DNA from: Takakia lepidozioides
Taxonomy: Eukaryota; Plantae; Bryophyta
Assembly (NCBI GenBank): GCA_030704615.1
Contig: CM060732.1
Span: forward strand, 49,662,001 to 49,726,000
Direction of reading: 5' to 3'
DNA: 64,000 nt
Both the position numbers and the translations under genes were made by a program. How positions within the stretch are numbered: the first letter of the stretch is position 1; each line of letters opens with the position of its first letter. Below, piece after piece: positions 11,620-24,489 of this stretch. The notes below the pieces were generated by a model. The model searched no databases and was not told where the DNA came from. It saw only the letters and a list, made by a program, of their open reading frames with translations.

Positions 11620-13900
11620 TGAGCATGCCAGTGTAGAGCAAATTATAAACAAGCTTTGGCGTCATATATATATATATGCTCAATGAACTCATATATGCTC
11701 ACTTAACCATGTGGCGTGAACCCTTCCCCAACTAATAGAACAAGCCGCAAACCGCGAGAGGCTATGTCCATTGAAGCAACAATTTTATTTTTATTTTACA
11801 ACAATTTTGACAAGCTGCCACGTGGTTTATACTTAAGAGCTTTTTTAGACCAATCATACTCTTGACACGGTGTAAGGTCCGTTGACCACATTTTCTCCAT
11901 TGACTTCAACATATCTGTCCTTAAGGGACATAGCCAACAAAACTCCCGAGGATGTTGAAGGTGAACTAGAGGATTCATTGCACTCTCCACCTCCTATTAC
12001 ATCTGGAAGTGGGATTTCAGAGTTCAATCCTCCAGGGGTGAAAAGCAAACTTTTGGGCAAGAAACGTCATGCGGATGGTAGTGGACTGCAAAAGCTCTTG
12101 CAGGAGCTATTGTCACGTTTGGAGAAATATATGTTGCACTTAAAAGAGATAAGGCAGATAGAGAGGAGATGATGGCTAAAGACAAGGCAGAGAGAGAGGA
12201 GAGATGCATATGTTTCAAGTGCAAATGCAGGTGGAGATGGCCAAGTTGGGATAATCAGTCAGGACCTAGCGCCTGATAGCATTTTATCCTTTGCTTTATT
12301 CTTAGAGCTCTTCTCGCTAATGAACATGGTAGGTCGAGGGATGTTGGGATTGTCATCATTGCTTGCATCATCATCTCTCAAGTATCTGGGGTCACTGTCA
12401 ATACTGGTATCTTGAATGCAAAAATTGTATAAGACACAACAAGCAATGACGGTCTGTGTTGCAGCTGGCCGTTAACCCACGTTAGATTTTTCAAGATTCT
12501 TCACTTGTTCTTCAACATACCAATTGCAAAACAATTCTCAATTCGTCCTACTTTCCAACTTCTATCGAATTGGTTTTGTATAAAACGTGTCCCTACTGCT
12601 TTTCTGTTGTATGATTTAAGGATCCATCATCGTAAATGATATGTTGAATCTCCCAACATGTATGGTGTGATTTCAACCTCATTCACTGTGATTGTTGGAG
12701 TAGACATTAGGTGATTGATCTTTAATTTCATCCAAAATGAGCTCGACCAAAAGTGTGTTGCATTATATGTACCTCTAGGAAAACTCTCTTATCATCACAA
12801 ACTCCCTGCAGAATATTAAAATGAAATGGCGTTGTGGTGATTGACGTAGTCTGCAGAAACCATCTCTTCTTACGATTCTTTGCCACGAAGGAATCATAGC
12901 CATCAATGGCTCCCACATATGTGGAATACCTGTCAACTCTCTGAAACCTTCCACAACAGTAACTAATGCATCTCCCCGTGGAATGTATATACCCCTATGA
13001 TAGAATTTGGTTGCTAGAATGTGAGTAATAAGTCATGTGCATGTACAAACAGTAGCTGGACCCACACCCATTAAATCTGCAATTTTCTTCATTGGCAAAC
13101 CATAGAATTCCAATCGACAAATGACAACTGCCAAAGCTAGATAAGGTGAAATAGGTGCTCGCATCTGTGTTTTATGTATGAACGAAATAAGAAGATCAAC
13201 AAACATCAAAAATTGGGTGCGGGTCATTCTATATTGTGCTCTCCATCTGCTCTCAAGCATTCTATCTCCCAATTGCATCCACGTCATGTTATGAAATTGA
13301 CTCCCAAATTGTAATTTGGCGAGGAAGCATCCACCATTTCCTATCAACTCTCCGATGTTTTGGAATAGAGAATTCTGATGCTGCTGCTATCATAAAGATG
13401 ATGATGCCAGTGCTATCATTAGAAGTGTCATAAAAAAAGGAGAGCTCATAAGATGTTAGGAGCATGCAAGACCAAATGCTCTTGATGAATCCATTATTTG
13501 ATTCTAAAACAGAATCAAGATTGAAGAAAGAAGAAGAGAAAAGACTAGAAAGCGAAATTCTCGAAATTAACGTCACAAACATAATGGAACCCCTAGGAAC
13601 AGATCACGAATTTCGAGGGAACAGATCGGGAACGATAAGGGAACAGCGTGGGGACGACGTGGAGGCGGGTCTCATGTAAATAGTACTCGCGGCAGCTACA
13701 CCGCCCACGCCTGCCGCCACCTCTAACGTGGTTATTCGTATAACAGTCTATGAGCATGCTCACGTTAGCATGAGCCTACTTACACGAGCACACATGCATA
13801 TTCTGCATAATCCTCAAAATCCTAATAATATGTGATACCTAAACAAAAATGTGCTAAAAAATTATGAAACATGTTTAAAATTTGTGCTTACGTGAGCACA
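11620..13900 (-). mobile_element. PIF/Harbinger transposon relic
   Basis: Minus-strand HARBI1-like pieces: RMTRTQF...LALAVVICRL...IADLMGVGPATV, GAIDG...LQGVCDDKRVFL, and a C-terminal IACCVLYNFC. A convergent plus-strand low-complexity ORF2-like remnant lies at 11882-12250. Many stops and frameshifts; boundaries approximate. Confidence 0.8.
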
Positions 13901-14526
13901 AGAGTTTCGTTGGCAAATCTATCTTTTTTCTTTATTTATATATTTCTTTTGGATTTGCTTCGCCAACGAAACACTCCAAACTTGAGTATTTATCACAATT
14001 CGCTGGCGAAATATTGGCGTTTATATTATTATAATTTTAAAAGTAATATTCTACTCTTAAATATTTGTGTTTTAACTAAAATATACTCATAGACCATGTA
14101 ACTGATCCTATTAGTGTAGGGTACCCTATGTCCGCCTATGATTTGTATTAGTTCCATTTGTAAACATATTACCCTATAATTGTGGATTGTGCGCACGCTG
14201 GTTTTTTTTGGGTCGTGCTCAGGCTTTTTATGCTCATGTTTTGCTCACAGGATACCAACCCATGTGCTTGGCGAATTTTTTATATATGTGGGAACCTTCC
14301 ATTCTGGTTTGGAAGTTTGGAGATGCTAGAGATCCGCTAGTGCCTTTAAAGCTACCATTTTACTTACATTTCCAATTCTCATTAAGTTTCAAAATTTCTA
14401 CCTTGGGGTGCAGTTCTCAACATTACAAGTTCATGTTGGTTTGAGAATGGGCGGTTGCACATCTAACTTCTATGTTCCCAAACACATTATAAAAGATAAA
14501 CAAACACCACAAGCTATACAAAATAT

Positions 14527-15263
14527 GGTAGATGCAAGGTAAGGTGGGCCAAAATTGACGTAACCGACACAATTTTCAGTGACTGTCGTGCATGATATCA
14601 TGAATTTATAGAATTTATAGAATCAATAATGTTGAGAAACATTTTCCATGTTGGATTCCTAACTTCAATATCTACCTATATCAACCGTCAAATTGTCAAT
14701 CAAATAAAATGTCCAAGAGGTATGGACTTTTGAACACGACAACTGTGGACTGTAACCATTGCAAATGGAAATACATGGACTCAAAATAAGCCATTGTGCC
14801 TCTGATGTATTGCTTTGAACTTTTAAGGTAAGGGGGCCAATTTAGAGAACACTCTAGATTTCAATTTAAAATGACAATATCAACTGTCATTTACTACCTA
14901 TGGACTAATATGCGTGTTATATATAGGTGGATTTGTTCTAGTTTATTACATCTTGTGTTTTGGGCTTTTGAGGTGTCATTTTTTACTGCAAAGAAAACCT
15001 ACAATGGCTTGGTTGTATGTGGCCAATTGATGTAAATTCTAATTTTTGGTATATCAAATATTATTCAAATTAAAGACTAAATTTTATAGTAAAAATTATC
15101 TTTGATGTTTGGGGTAAGACCCTTTACTAAAAATGTTAAATATACCATTGTTTATCATCATTTGAAATTATTTGAGGAAATATTGTCAATTTCAAATTTG
15201 GTCGTGGATTTCCATGGAAGGCAGTATCTGTCGTTTTTTGATCCACCTTACCCTGCAACTACC
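14527..15263. mobile_element. MITE with ~34-bp terminal inverted repeats, superfamily unassigned
   Basis: Left GGTAGATGCAAGGTAAGGTGGGCCAAAATTGAC versus reverse complement of right GGTAGTTGCAGGGTAAGGTGGATCAAAAAACGAC. An internal copy of the motif lies at ~14826; AT-rich non-coding interior. Confidence 0.7.
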
Positions 15264-15288
15264 CAACATGCAATGAAAGGGATTAAAA

Positions 15289-15599
15289 TCAATATATTAA
15301 ACAATTTTGTTTATTTGTTACGTTGAGATCTCCCAAACCGCAAGGCCTCCACCCGGGTTCTTAATACCGCTGGAAAACCCTCGATGAGTAGGGGTACATC
15401 GAGGTGGTTTCAAAAGTTTTGGACCTACGGTGTGGGGAATATCGAATTTCAAGATTTTTTTGTCACTGGAAGTTCATGAAAAATACCGAGGCCTCCGCCC
15501 AAGTTCTTAATACCGCTCGAAAGCCCTCTATGAGTACGGCGTGGCATAACTTAGTAAAAGGACGGTACAATATGTGCTCAACGGCATAGGCCACACTAG
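15289..15599 (+). mobile_element. Non-autonomous Helitron
   Basis: A|TC 5' start, 3' GGCATAGGCCACACTAG|T end, insertion into AT with no TSD. Carries the repeat core TTTGGACCTACGGTGTGGG. Confidence 0.7.
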
Positions 15600-16016
15600 T
15601 ATATAATCATGTTTTGAAGGTCCAAAGCAAGGAGTGCGTGGGAACAGCCAATGGCAGGCTTGCAATCAGGGGTTTTCTTTTGGTAGCAAGTGTCAAGTAT
15701 TATAACTTGGAGGCCCGCTCAAGATGGTGATGGTGGTGCTAAGAACCGCTTGCCTTTTGGCCCAACTCGGTTCACATATATGGCCCCACTTCATCTAGTA
15801 GGTTCCTTCATAAGCTTGAAACCCAAGGTTTTGCTAGGAAATTAAAGAACCGCCCAACACTGATATAGACACAATATTGCAGTTTTTTCTGTGAGAACAC
15901 ATATATCTTATATACCATTTTTCCACTTGTTCGAAGTGCGCAATCAATTGTTTCATCTTTATCTTTTTGTCTTCTGTCTGTTTTTTTTCCTAAGAAAGGG
16001 ACGCAGGCCCTTGAAC

Positions 16017-16290
16017 TCATATTAATAGGAGCCATGGAAGGGGTCTTTGCTTGTTTTGTTTTGTTTGTTTGTCATGTTGACTCGGATCTCCCAAATTGCA
16101 AAGCCTCATAATTTTTGGACCTATGGTGTGGCAGATAGTGAAGTATTTTTTGTCATTAAAATAGCAAATTGGGGTTTCCTAGAATGTTGGCCTTCATTTG
16201 TCTTTTTGGTATATGTCATAAATATAATTACACATATATTTGATAAAACTACCGTGCAAAATGTGGTAGTCTATGTATCAAAATAAAAAC
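16017..16290 (+). mobile_element. Helitron-family partial copy
   Basis: (TTTG)n-GTCATGTTGA..GATCTCCCAAA and TTTGGACCTATGGTGTGG core shared with 15289-15599; 3' end missing. Confidence 0.6.
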
Positions 16291-16385
16291 AAATAAATAA
16301 TATAAACTAAGATCAGAAATTAGATACTAATACATGATATTATAAAATTTGACAATTTTATAGCTTGATGGTATTATTAGACTTA

Positions 16386-16700
16386 CTAGTGTGGCCATAG
16401 AGCACATATTGTACCATCGTTTTATTAAATATATATGTGTTTACATTTATGACCTTGTGTACAAAAAGACAATGAACGACCAATATTCCAGAAAAAACCC
16501 AATATGATGAATTTCTAGTGAAAAACAACTTGAAATTCAATATCTGGACCCACACCGTAGGTCCAAAGTTATCGATGCAACCCTACTTATTGAAGGCTAT
16601 TTAGCGGTACTAAGAACCCGGGCAGAGGCCTTGAGGTTTGGGAGATCTCAACGTAACAAACCAACAAATAAAAAAAAACAAACTAGCTTGCTTAATATAC
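16386..16700 (-). mobile_element. Non-autonomous Helitron, inverted copy
   Basis: Reverse complement ends GGCCACACTAG|T and contains GTTACGTTGAGATCTCCCAAACC and TTTGGACCTACGGTGTGGG. Confidence 0.7.
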
Positions 16701-16719
16701 TCAACATTGAAATATCCAC

Positions 16720-16925
16720 TGATAGACTTGCTGAAAATATCAAAATGTTTGCTGAAATATCTACTAAGAGACTTGTTAAAATGATTGCTGAAATATTCAC
16801 TACAGACTTGTTGACATATTGAAAAAAATTGCTGAAATATTTGCTGAGAAACTTGCTGAAATACTGAAAATTTTGCTGGAATATTCCCTGAACAACTTAT
16901 TGAAATGTTGAAATATTTTTTGAGA
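16720..16925. repeat. Degenerate TTGCTGAAATA-type short tandem repeat
   Basis: Multiple imperfect copies of (T)TGCTGAAA(A)TA spaced about 12-24 bp apart. Confidence 0.6.
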
Positions 16926-18786
16926 GATTTACCACCACAACACATTGAGGGGCATGGACATTTTAGATTCCAATATATCTAATCTACTCATCGTATGACA
17001 ATAGTAAAGTCTACTACAAAATACTGCAATTTTGATATAGAACGTCATTAATTACAAGAAGATTTCACTCGTAACAATCCTATTGCTCTATTAAGAATTG
17101 GTATGCTCCATCTGCCTCACACTTTCACCTAAACAATGTATCCATTACACACATACCTCCAAGATTACAAATAACATAAACTGATCGAGGAGGTTTCACT
17201 CTCACACTACATTGTTCTCGTATGATCTACACTACAATTCTATCATCTTCATAATGACAAACCAAACAACTGATTTTAGTTTCTTCTTAAGTCTATATGA
17301 TGAGACAATATTAATTAAAGCTTAGAAATATCAATAACAATGCTAAACTAGAAAGATACATCTTGTACTTTAAGGTGTTTTTCGGTAAAGGTACATCATG
17401 ATCTTCCCTCAATTTGGCATTGATGCGTGGTCTTCTCTTGAGGGAGAAGCCAAAAAATTCCTAAAGATCTTATGAGTATCATCTAGCCATGGATATGTCA
17501 CATTGAGAAAGCAACCCCCATTGTCGACATACTTTATTTGCATGTATTAATATCTGGACAATGAGAAAGGTCCCACTGTACCAAAAATGAATCTTCCAAT
17601 TTTCAACAAGAGCATCAATCACCACACACTTACCATTCTCTTTGAAAACTAATCATATATACAAACCAAGACAAACGCTATAGGCTCCATCCCTAATGAA
17701 TAATTATAGTGGCTCTAGACAAATTACTGTACACATATAGTATCCAATAAAAACATACAACCTCTCATCCAAGATTGGACAGTAAATACTTGAACGATAT
17801 AATTATCATGAACCAAAGACCCTATGTGCAACACCCAAACATATGTCAGCCCTATTGCATTATACATCACATCATATCTATTAAACAGTCTTACGACCTT
17901 GTTGGGGTGATATGTATGCCAGGAAAAATACATATGGGACATAGGGACTTTATTGCGTTAATAGGGTCTACATAGTATCTGAATATAATTTAAAACCTTA
18001 AAAATAGAATCCACATCCTCCGTAAAGATAATTTGAACCTTTAGAGTGACTGAGCAGCAGCAGCTGCAGAAAACCTCACATGACATATTTCATGACATGA
18101 AAACTCTCGAAAGGGAGAATAGACCAGAATCCATGAAGTGAAAATGAATGTAATTATCAAAAAACGCACAAAAATAAATTATGTATAAACTCCCAACCTA
18201 ACATAATAAACAAATAATATCACAGCAAACAAGGAGTTTTGCAAACAAAAAAAACCCTCGTTCATCTTAAGCCAGTACCCCAACATCAGAAACAAAGGTT
18301 TCGCCGTAATAATGCCAGATGAAAATTATCATATCATAATATAAACAATCTTAACATTCACACCCTAATTTAAAGGACTGCTCTTCCTTACTAGTGTTTC
18401 GTTGGCGAAACTATATTTGGACACTAATCATTCTCTATATTATTCACTCCCCAAACGAACCAATGTCGGAAGAAGGGTAAAAAAAAACCTCATCACTAAA
18501 GTCCTAAAGGCCCCGACATCTTACTCCAAATCTTTACCGGACGACACGAATGCCAACGGTGGTTTGTAAACACATACGAAGAATTGAAGACAACAACTCA
18601 TCAATCCATCCTAGCACTGAGAAACTATGACAAATAATCATCGTTTCATGTGACAAAAGAGGAATAGTCAATGATAATCTTCAAAATAGGCTGCTCGAAT
18701 AAGAACATGATAATGAGAGACCAGAGAAAAGAAAACATAAGAGGTGTACACGCCACGTCGACGAGATCCATTGAACTCACGACTAT

Positions 18787-18902
18787 GGTTTCTAGGGTTC
18801 TATGTTTTCTTTTCGCGTGTTGCTGTGTTTAGACTTGCTGTGGGTTTCTAGGGTTCTATGTTTTCTTTTCGCATGCTGTTGCGTTTGTCTGTTGCTGTGT
18901 TT
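18787..18902. repeat. Direct tandem duplication of ~55 bp
   Basis: GGTTTCTAGGGTTCTATGTTTTCTTTTCGC...GTTGCTGTGTTTAGA occurs twice. Confidence 0.75.
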
Positions 18903-20119
18903 AGAGGCCTTGCTAAGTTTTGTGGAGAGGTTTTACAGAGGTGGACCGTATGGCTGTCGTGGTGTCGAATCATGCGTGGAGGACGCGAAAACACGTTTTC
19001 AGTCTCGACAATTCTCCAGTCAAGCTGTCCTGGGACGAGGTCCAGGAATCTTTATCGGATGTAGATGTCATGTATCGCACGAGCGACATACCTTTGGTGA
19101 CAACAAAGGTTCATGCTTTCTTAAGTGAGGAGGCGATACTCAAGATAAGGAAGCCCGGAAGTGGTTCAAAGATGTTTTCATAAATGGATGGAGGGGCTGG
19201 GCCTTGAGAATGATAGAGATACGTGGGCGTTTTCTTTCTTTTGGAAGGATCAGTATGAGAATTGGTCCGATTTTCATCTGATACACCCGAAGGTACTCGC
19301 TGCAACTGATCTGATGGAGAGTTTGTTGATGAGATTGACTACACTAAACCTCCCACTTCATTGACAGGCTTGGGAAGCATATGGAGCTACTAAGCTTTTG
19401 AAATGAAGAAACTTCTCAGTTGGCATTGCTTTAGTAAAGTGCTTCTTTCTTCTTTCCCTCTCCTTCTGTGCGACCTCATTTCTTTCTCCTCCCGCTGATC
19501 CATGTCTATGCTTCCATACAATGCTAACCACTAGAACTAATGATCCCAAGGCGAGCAGACTTCAAAGCCCAGCTAAATTAGCCTGCAGGGTCCACTCTTT
19601 ACTTTTTCTCCACACCCGTCCATTTCTCCAAAGATTCAGAGAAGCATGAAATCTCTCTCGCTTTGCATGCATCCCTCTCTCGCATGATTCTCAAACATAA
19701 ATTAAAAACTATAACCCCAAAGAATGGGAAATAGAATGCAGATGATGAGTAGTCTTTCCAAGATAGCCTTCAGATCTAATCATATTAACACTAAGGGTTC
19801 AAATGATGATGACATATGTTACACTTGTAAATTCAAATCCCTAATAATCACATAAGATCTAATGGACTTCTATTGACGTTATGTTACTACACTTTATACA
19901 TTTACACTTTATACATTTACATGACGCAAATTTCTACACTTTCTTCAAAATTCTTCAAAATTCTTCAACGGTTATGAATAGGACGGTTAGAGGTGTCCTA
20001 AAATTGGCGGATATATATATGCAATTGGCAGTTACATGTAATATATGGAATGGGCACTTGATTTTCTTTAAAAACAATCAATTCACACATGACATCCCTA
20101 GGGCAAAGGGAGGCAGGAA

Positions 20120-21062
20120 TGGGATAAGGCATATATGGATGCTGGATTGCGTCCCTGAAAATTGGAAACGCCAGTGAAAACCAGGTTTGCAAATAAGGTA
20201 GTTCTGTTCCAAGAGACGCAAGAATTTGCTAGTGCAATAAACTTGTGTTATCGCAGGCAGTCCCTTCAATTGCAGTCCAAGGTTCCATGCGGGAAGACTT
20301 GGGCAATGGCTAGGGCTGTGACAAAGACGTTAAACCCTGTGGTGAAGCAGTGCATCCTCAACCAGACACGCGGATATTGGCTCCTGTCTTACGCCTTGCA
20401 AGCTACCCTGTCCATCTCAGTGAAATTGCAAACTGAGTATGATAGAAGGTGCGCAATTCGCCCGCCCTTGCAATGTGGTGATGTGGATTCAGAATTGGAG
20501 ATTTTGTATGGGAGGATGGCTGGGGAGGCCGTGAAAGTATTGGCCCCGTTTTTGTCATTTGCCAAGACTTTTCATGCTGACAAATCACATTGTATGATGG
20601 CCCTGATGCTTGATCCCAGGTACAATGGACTTGCATGTGTCCGTGAGTTTGTGGGGCGGGAACGTGCGGTGCAGCTTGTGGCCGAATATGACCAGCATTG
20701 CCTGGTGCCCATGCTTGTGAAAGTCAACAATTTTCTTAACCCAGGGGCTGCAGCAGCCACCCCTGTGCCCTCAGCTCCAGTTGCTGACTCTTTATTTGAT
20801 GCTCATTTATCCCCAGCAGAGGCACTTGAGAGGCTATTAGTCGTTGAGCTTTCATTTTTTCAGCGTCATAATATTCCTACTGAGGATTGTTTGTCTCATT
20901 TGTTGTGGTGGAAAGGAAATGCACAAAGATGGCCAAATGTGGCATGGCTGGCGAGGCAGATATTGGGCATTCCAGGGAACCAAATTGAGATTGAAAGAAT
21001 TTTTAGTGTGGCGGGTGTGTTGACAAGTTTGCGGAGATGCAGGCTGGGGGTGCAGAACCTCA
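20120..21062 (+). mobile_element. hAT transposase C-terminal fragment including the dimerisation domain
   Basis: TPVKTRF...MLDPRY...WWKGNAQRWPNVAWLARQILGIPGNQIEIERIFSVAG...RRCRLG. The N-terminus is missing and the ORF runs into unrelated sequence after about 21062. Confidence 0.85.
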
Positions 21063-21689
21063 ATCCTCCACCATTCCTCCGCCCAAGTACCGATCTCCTG
21101 AATCTTTTGCGCCCCACATCATCAAAGAACCAGCCACAAACCCTCCACTTTTCTTATAATTGCACCGTCATGGGGCGCCATAACGTCCTACTACGTACCC
21201 CTCCCATCTTCAACTGCCCACCCTTAAGTATTGGTCTCAATCACAGTATCGCCAGCAGCCATACTGCGGCTGGTCTGGTTTGCAGGTGGGTAGGTCATTT
21301 TCCCTAAACCCTAAGTTCTACGGACAATTGGGTACTATTTGCTCAATGACACCCCCGACTGGTTGGTTCTTTGATATCTTTACTCAGACCCGAACACATA
21401 CCCAGGTCAATTGGCACATACCAGTACAACACTGATGCTAACCTTAATATAGGGTATATATACATATACATACTCACCTCCCAACTATCGGTTATCTATT
21501 TGCTCTATTTTGCAAAAATACCCTGTATGCGGTTATGTATACCTACTAACCGGGGTGGTAACCGACTCACTAACCGGGACTTAGAGTGTTATACCCGGCC
21601 AACACTGAATAATACATGTGAATTCAAGAACTGTATCTAGTAGTTCATTCAGTCTATGCATGCATGTGGCATGAAACACATCATTAGTT

Positions 21690-21897
21690 TTTGCTTGCCT
21701 GTTGTGAAGTTCCTCAATCCCAAGGCAAAGCGAAGCTCCACTTCAGATATAGCATTGAGAATGCCAATTTTGTTCCCTAAAATCAAGAAGGGCACTCCCC
21801 ACAAAGTATCACCATAAGCAGACCGGCCAATTCTGCCTGGGCTTCCCAAAACCGTCTCTTGTCCACCGCATCCATAATGAAAATCACCCCATTCATT
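21690..21897 (-). pseudogene. SAR1: SAR1 small GTPase fragment (pseudogene)
   Basis: NGVIFIMDAVDKRRFWEAQAELAGLL / 1-nt frameshift / GDTLWGVPFLILGNKIGILNAISEVELRFALGLRNFTTGK aligns to the Sar1 central region. The G4 motif NKxD is mutated to NKIG and no P-loop exon was found. Confidence 0.8.
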
Positions 21898-23639
21898 AGA
21901 TCATGTCTGGTTTCGCAAGTGAAACAAATTATTTTTCTAAGAGAGGCAGATGATTCTATTGCACCCAACGAGACATATATAATTTCTCTACAGTTCTTAA
22001 AGACCATCTTGTCCGACTCGAATGATATTTCGTAAACGAAACAAAATATATGGGCGTTAGTTTCAGATGACTTCTCAGAAAGCCAACTTTAGCTTATCTA
22101 CTGCTGCTTTGCAAATTGGTTTGTTCAAAATGGGCTAGAACTCTCACATCCATTGGTGATATGTTCTCACACCATTTATAGACGAACCGTATGCAAGGTG
22201 ATCACGTGAACACACAACTGCATCTCAAGTGTTGCACTCTGAAACCGGACGTGCTAGGGATATTGGTTTTTGCTATTTAAAAAATCACGAAGATTCCATA
22301 GAGTGGCTATATAAATTAGCTGGGGGAAACATCTGCTAGAGTCTCTCCTTTTGTTAGAAATCAGTCATGTCGTGTTCTATGAAGAGTTGTCCTAATAAAC
22401 AGCTTGATGTCGATGTCATGGTTAAGCGAAAGTCGATGTGAAAAACATCATCATTGAGATTGTCTACAAGCTAGTCTACGAGTCCATGCTGAAGAGTTTC
22501 AAAGGTTTCTTTTGGGATTGTACGTTGGTCTCTGATCCAAGAGCTAAACACTGGATTCTGCATGTTGACGATAGTGCATCTGCTAGTCTCTCACTTCTCA
22601 GAATGACCTCGCCATATGAACTCAAGTGTTGCACCGGGTTGAGACAAGGATCAATGCTGGGTCCTAATCCCACTATAACATATACAAATTATCCTCAACA
22701 GTTGTCCTCGACCATCTTCATACCGAACAACATCATGGTATCTTCGATAATTCAGAGATTCGGTCCTTTAGTTTGTCATGAGCTCTCCATCAATTTCTTC
22801 AGCGAGAAGTATTCGGAAGACCAACACCACCTTCTTTTTGGTCCTCCACCATAGGATGTTTTCGTAACATGAGCATGTTGCGGTTGTGCTAAATACGAGA
22901 GACGCTTGGGTATACGAAGAAATCCACTTCATCACAATGTGCAATATGGACAAACCTATAAAATTTATAGTGTCCCAGAAGCTGAAGGTTAACAACCATG
23001 CAAAGTCTTCAGATGCTCGTGGGACTACGACAAACACCATTTCGGATTAGGTTTGATCCCGCACAACAGACGTTGAAGTAGTTTATATTTTGGGTGATCA
23101 ATATAATCGATGTATGACACCATAACACCAAAACTGTTTGAGGCAATATATGGGAATCTGTAATACTCTTTTACATTGTTTTCATTTCATTTCAAGATTT
23201 GACCTCACAAAAAACAACGCTTGAATTGCACAATTCACATGTATCTATCATTTCAGAGAGAAACCAAACTCAATTTTGTTATTGATGCGGTTTTGAAGCA
23301 CAATCAAATAGCTAAAGCTTGTTGTCATTGCACACATGACACAGTGCATGAACTTGAAGTCATTGTCAATACATTTTTTTATATTAAATCATAGCTCTGT
23401 TTGCAAATTGGAAGCTACCGGAAGTTTTCTCCACAGACAATACTATCAAAACAGATTGGACACACCTCAATCAAGATAGTATCTATTGAAAACGAGACCC
23501 TATGGTAAGTTAGAGACGATGACGTCCATAAATAATCCTCGACTACCGGATCCAATGGATCAAATTATAACTGTGATTTGTAGGTGATTGCTTAGGTGAT
23601 GACGCCACCACTTGTTGCAAATGTGAATAAAACTTCGGC

Positions 23640-23960
23640 TTGAGTTTGGACGCATAGCATAACCTTACTGCTGCTAGATCTTTGGGAGGAGAAATATTGG
23701 GACAACGGGCGTGGACCTATGATGGGAAAATTTGGCTTCACATTGTAAAGAAACTGAATGCAAGATTCCCCAATGCACCACTTCGTTTGTGGAAGTATTG
23801 CCGCAACAATGTGGACAAGCTCAAGGACATATATGGAGAGAAAATTAAGATAAAATGTTCAGTAAATGGTGTTCATTCATCTGACTGGCCATGGTATAAG
23901 AAATTCGGTAGGATTTTGGGAGGGCACAATAAAGATCACAAAATTTTCGAAAGGTATTGA
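23640..23960 (+). mobile_element. Myb/SANT-like (trihelix) DNA-binding ORF relic, probably Harbinger ORF2
   Basis: WTHSITLLLLDLWEEKY / frameshift / WLHIVKKLNARF...CRNNVDKLKDIY...SDWPWYKKFGRILG. Faint transposase-like residues on the minus strand at ~22400-23500 could not be confirmed. Confidence 0.65.
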
Positions 23961-24489
23961 TCAATGAGTGCATTGCATTCCTCCCCAAGTTATTAAGCTA
24001 GATGATATGCAAGAGACACAACTGATGATGTCCCTCTAAGCCATATCTGACAAGCTTATGTATTTGGTCAGGGCAGGTCCGGATCAAATGCAACGCCAAA
24101 GTTTATTCCAAATGAAGCTATTGCCTTTGGTGGTGGAGGTCGGTTTTCATTTTTCCCAAATCGCCATAGGGGCCACATGTGAATCAATTCTACCTAGTGC
24201 CCAGCGAGAATGACAGGGTTAAAAAAGTGGCTACATAACAGGTTGCAATTTTCAACAGTTCCACCATGGCAAATTCAGGCTCCTGATATTCAACTACTGT
24301 GAGAGGCTTCCATCAAACCCCCCCCCACCCCCCCCCAAAAAAACAGAGAATGTTCATGAAATCCATCCTGTGTTCGTTCTTTCCAAAAAAAAGAGTGACT
24401 TATCATTTCAATGCGAACCCAAAAAAATCTGATATTGTTTTGGTTGGAGAGACGATCGGAAGCAGCAAGCAATCAAAGCAATCAAGCAA

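Noticed and set aside
18920-19364. Host gene or hAT N-terminus
   Set aside because: Broken reading frames with no motif I can assign; left unannotated.
1056-21607. Giant hAT element carrying host genes, pairing 1056 with 15862 or 21607
   Set aside because: Flanking 8-mers (GTAATTAC versus ATATAGAC or AATAATAC) do not form a TSD, so independent copies are more likely.
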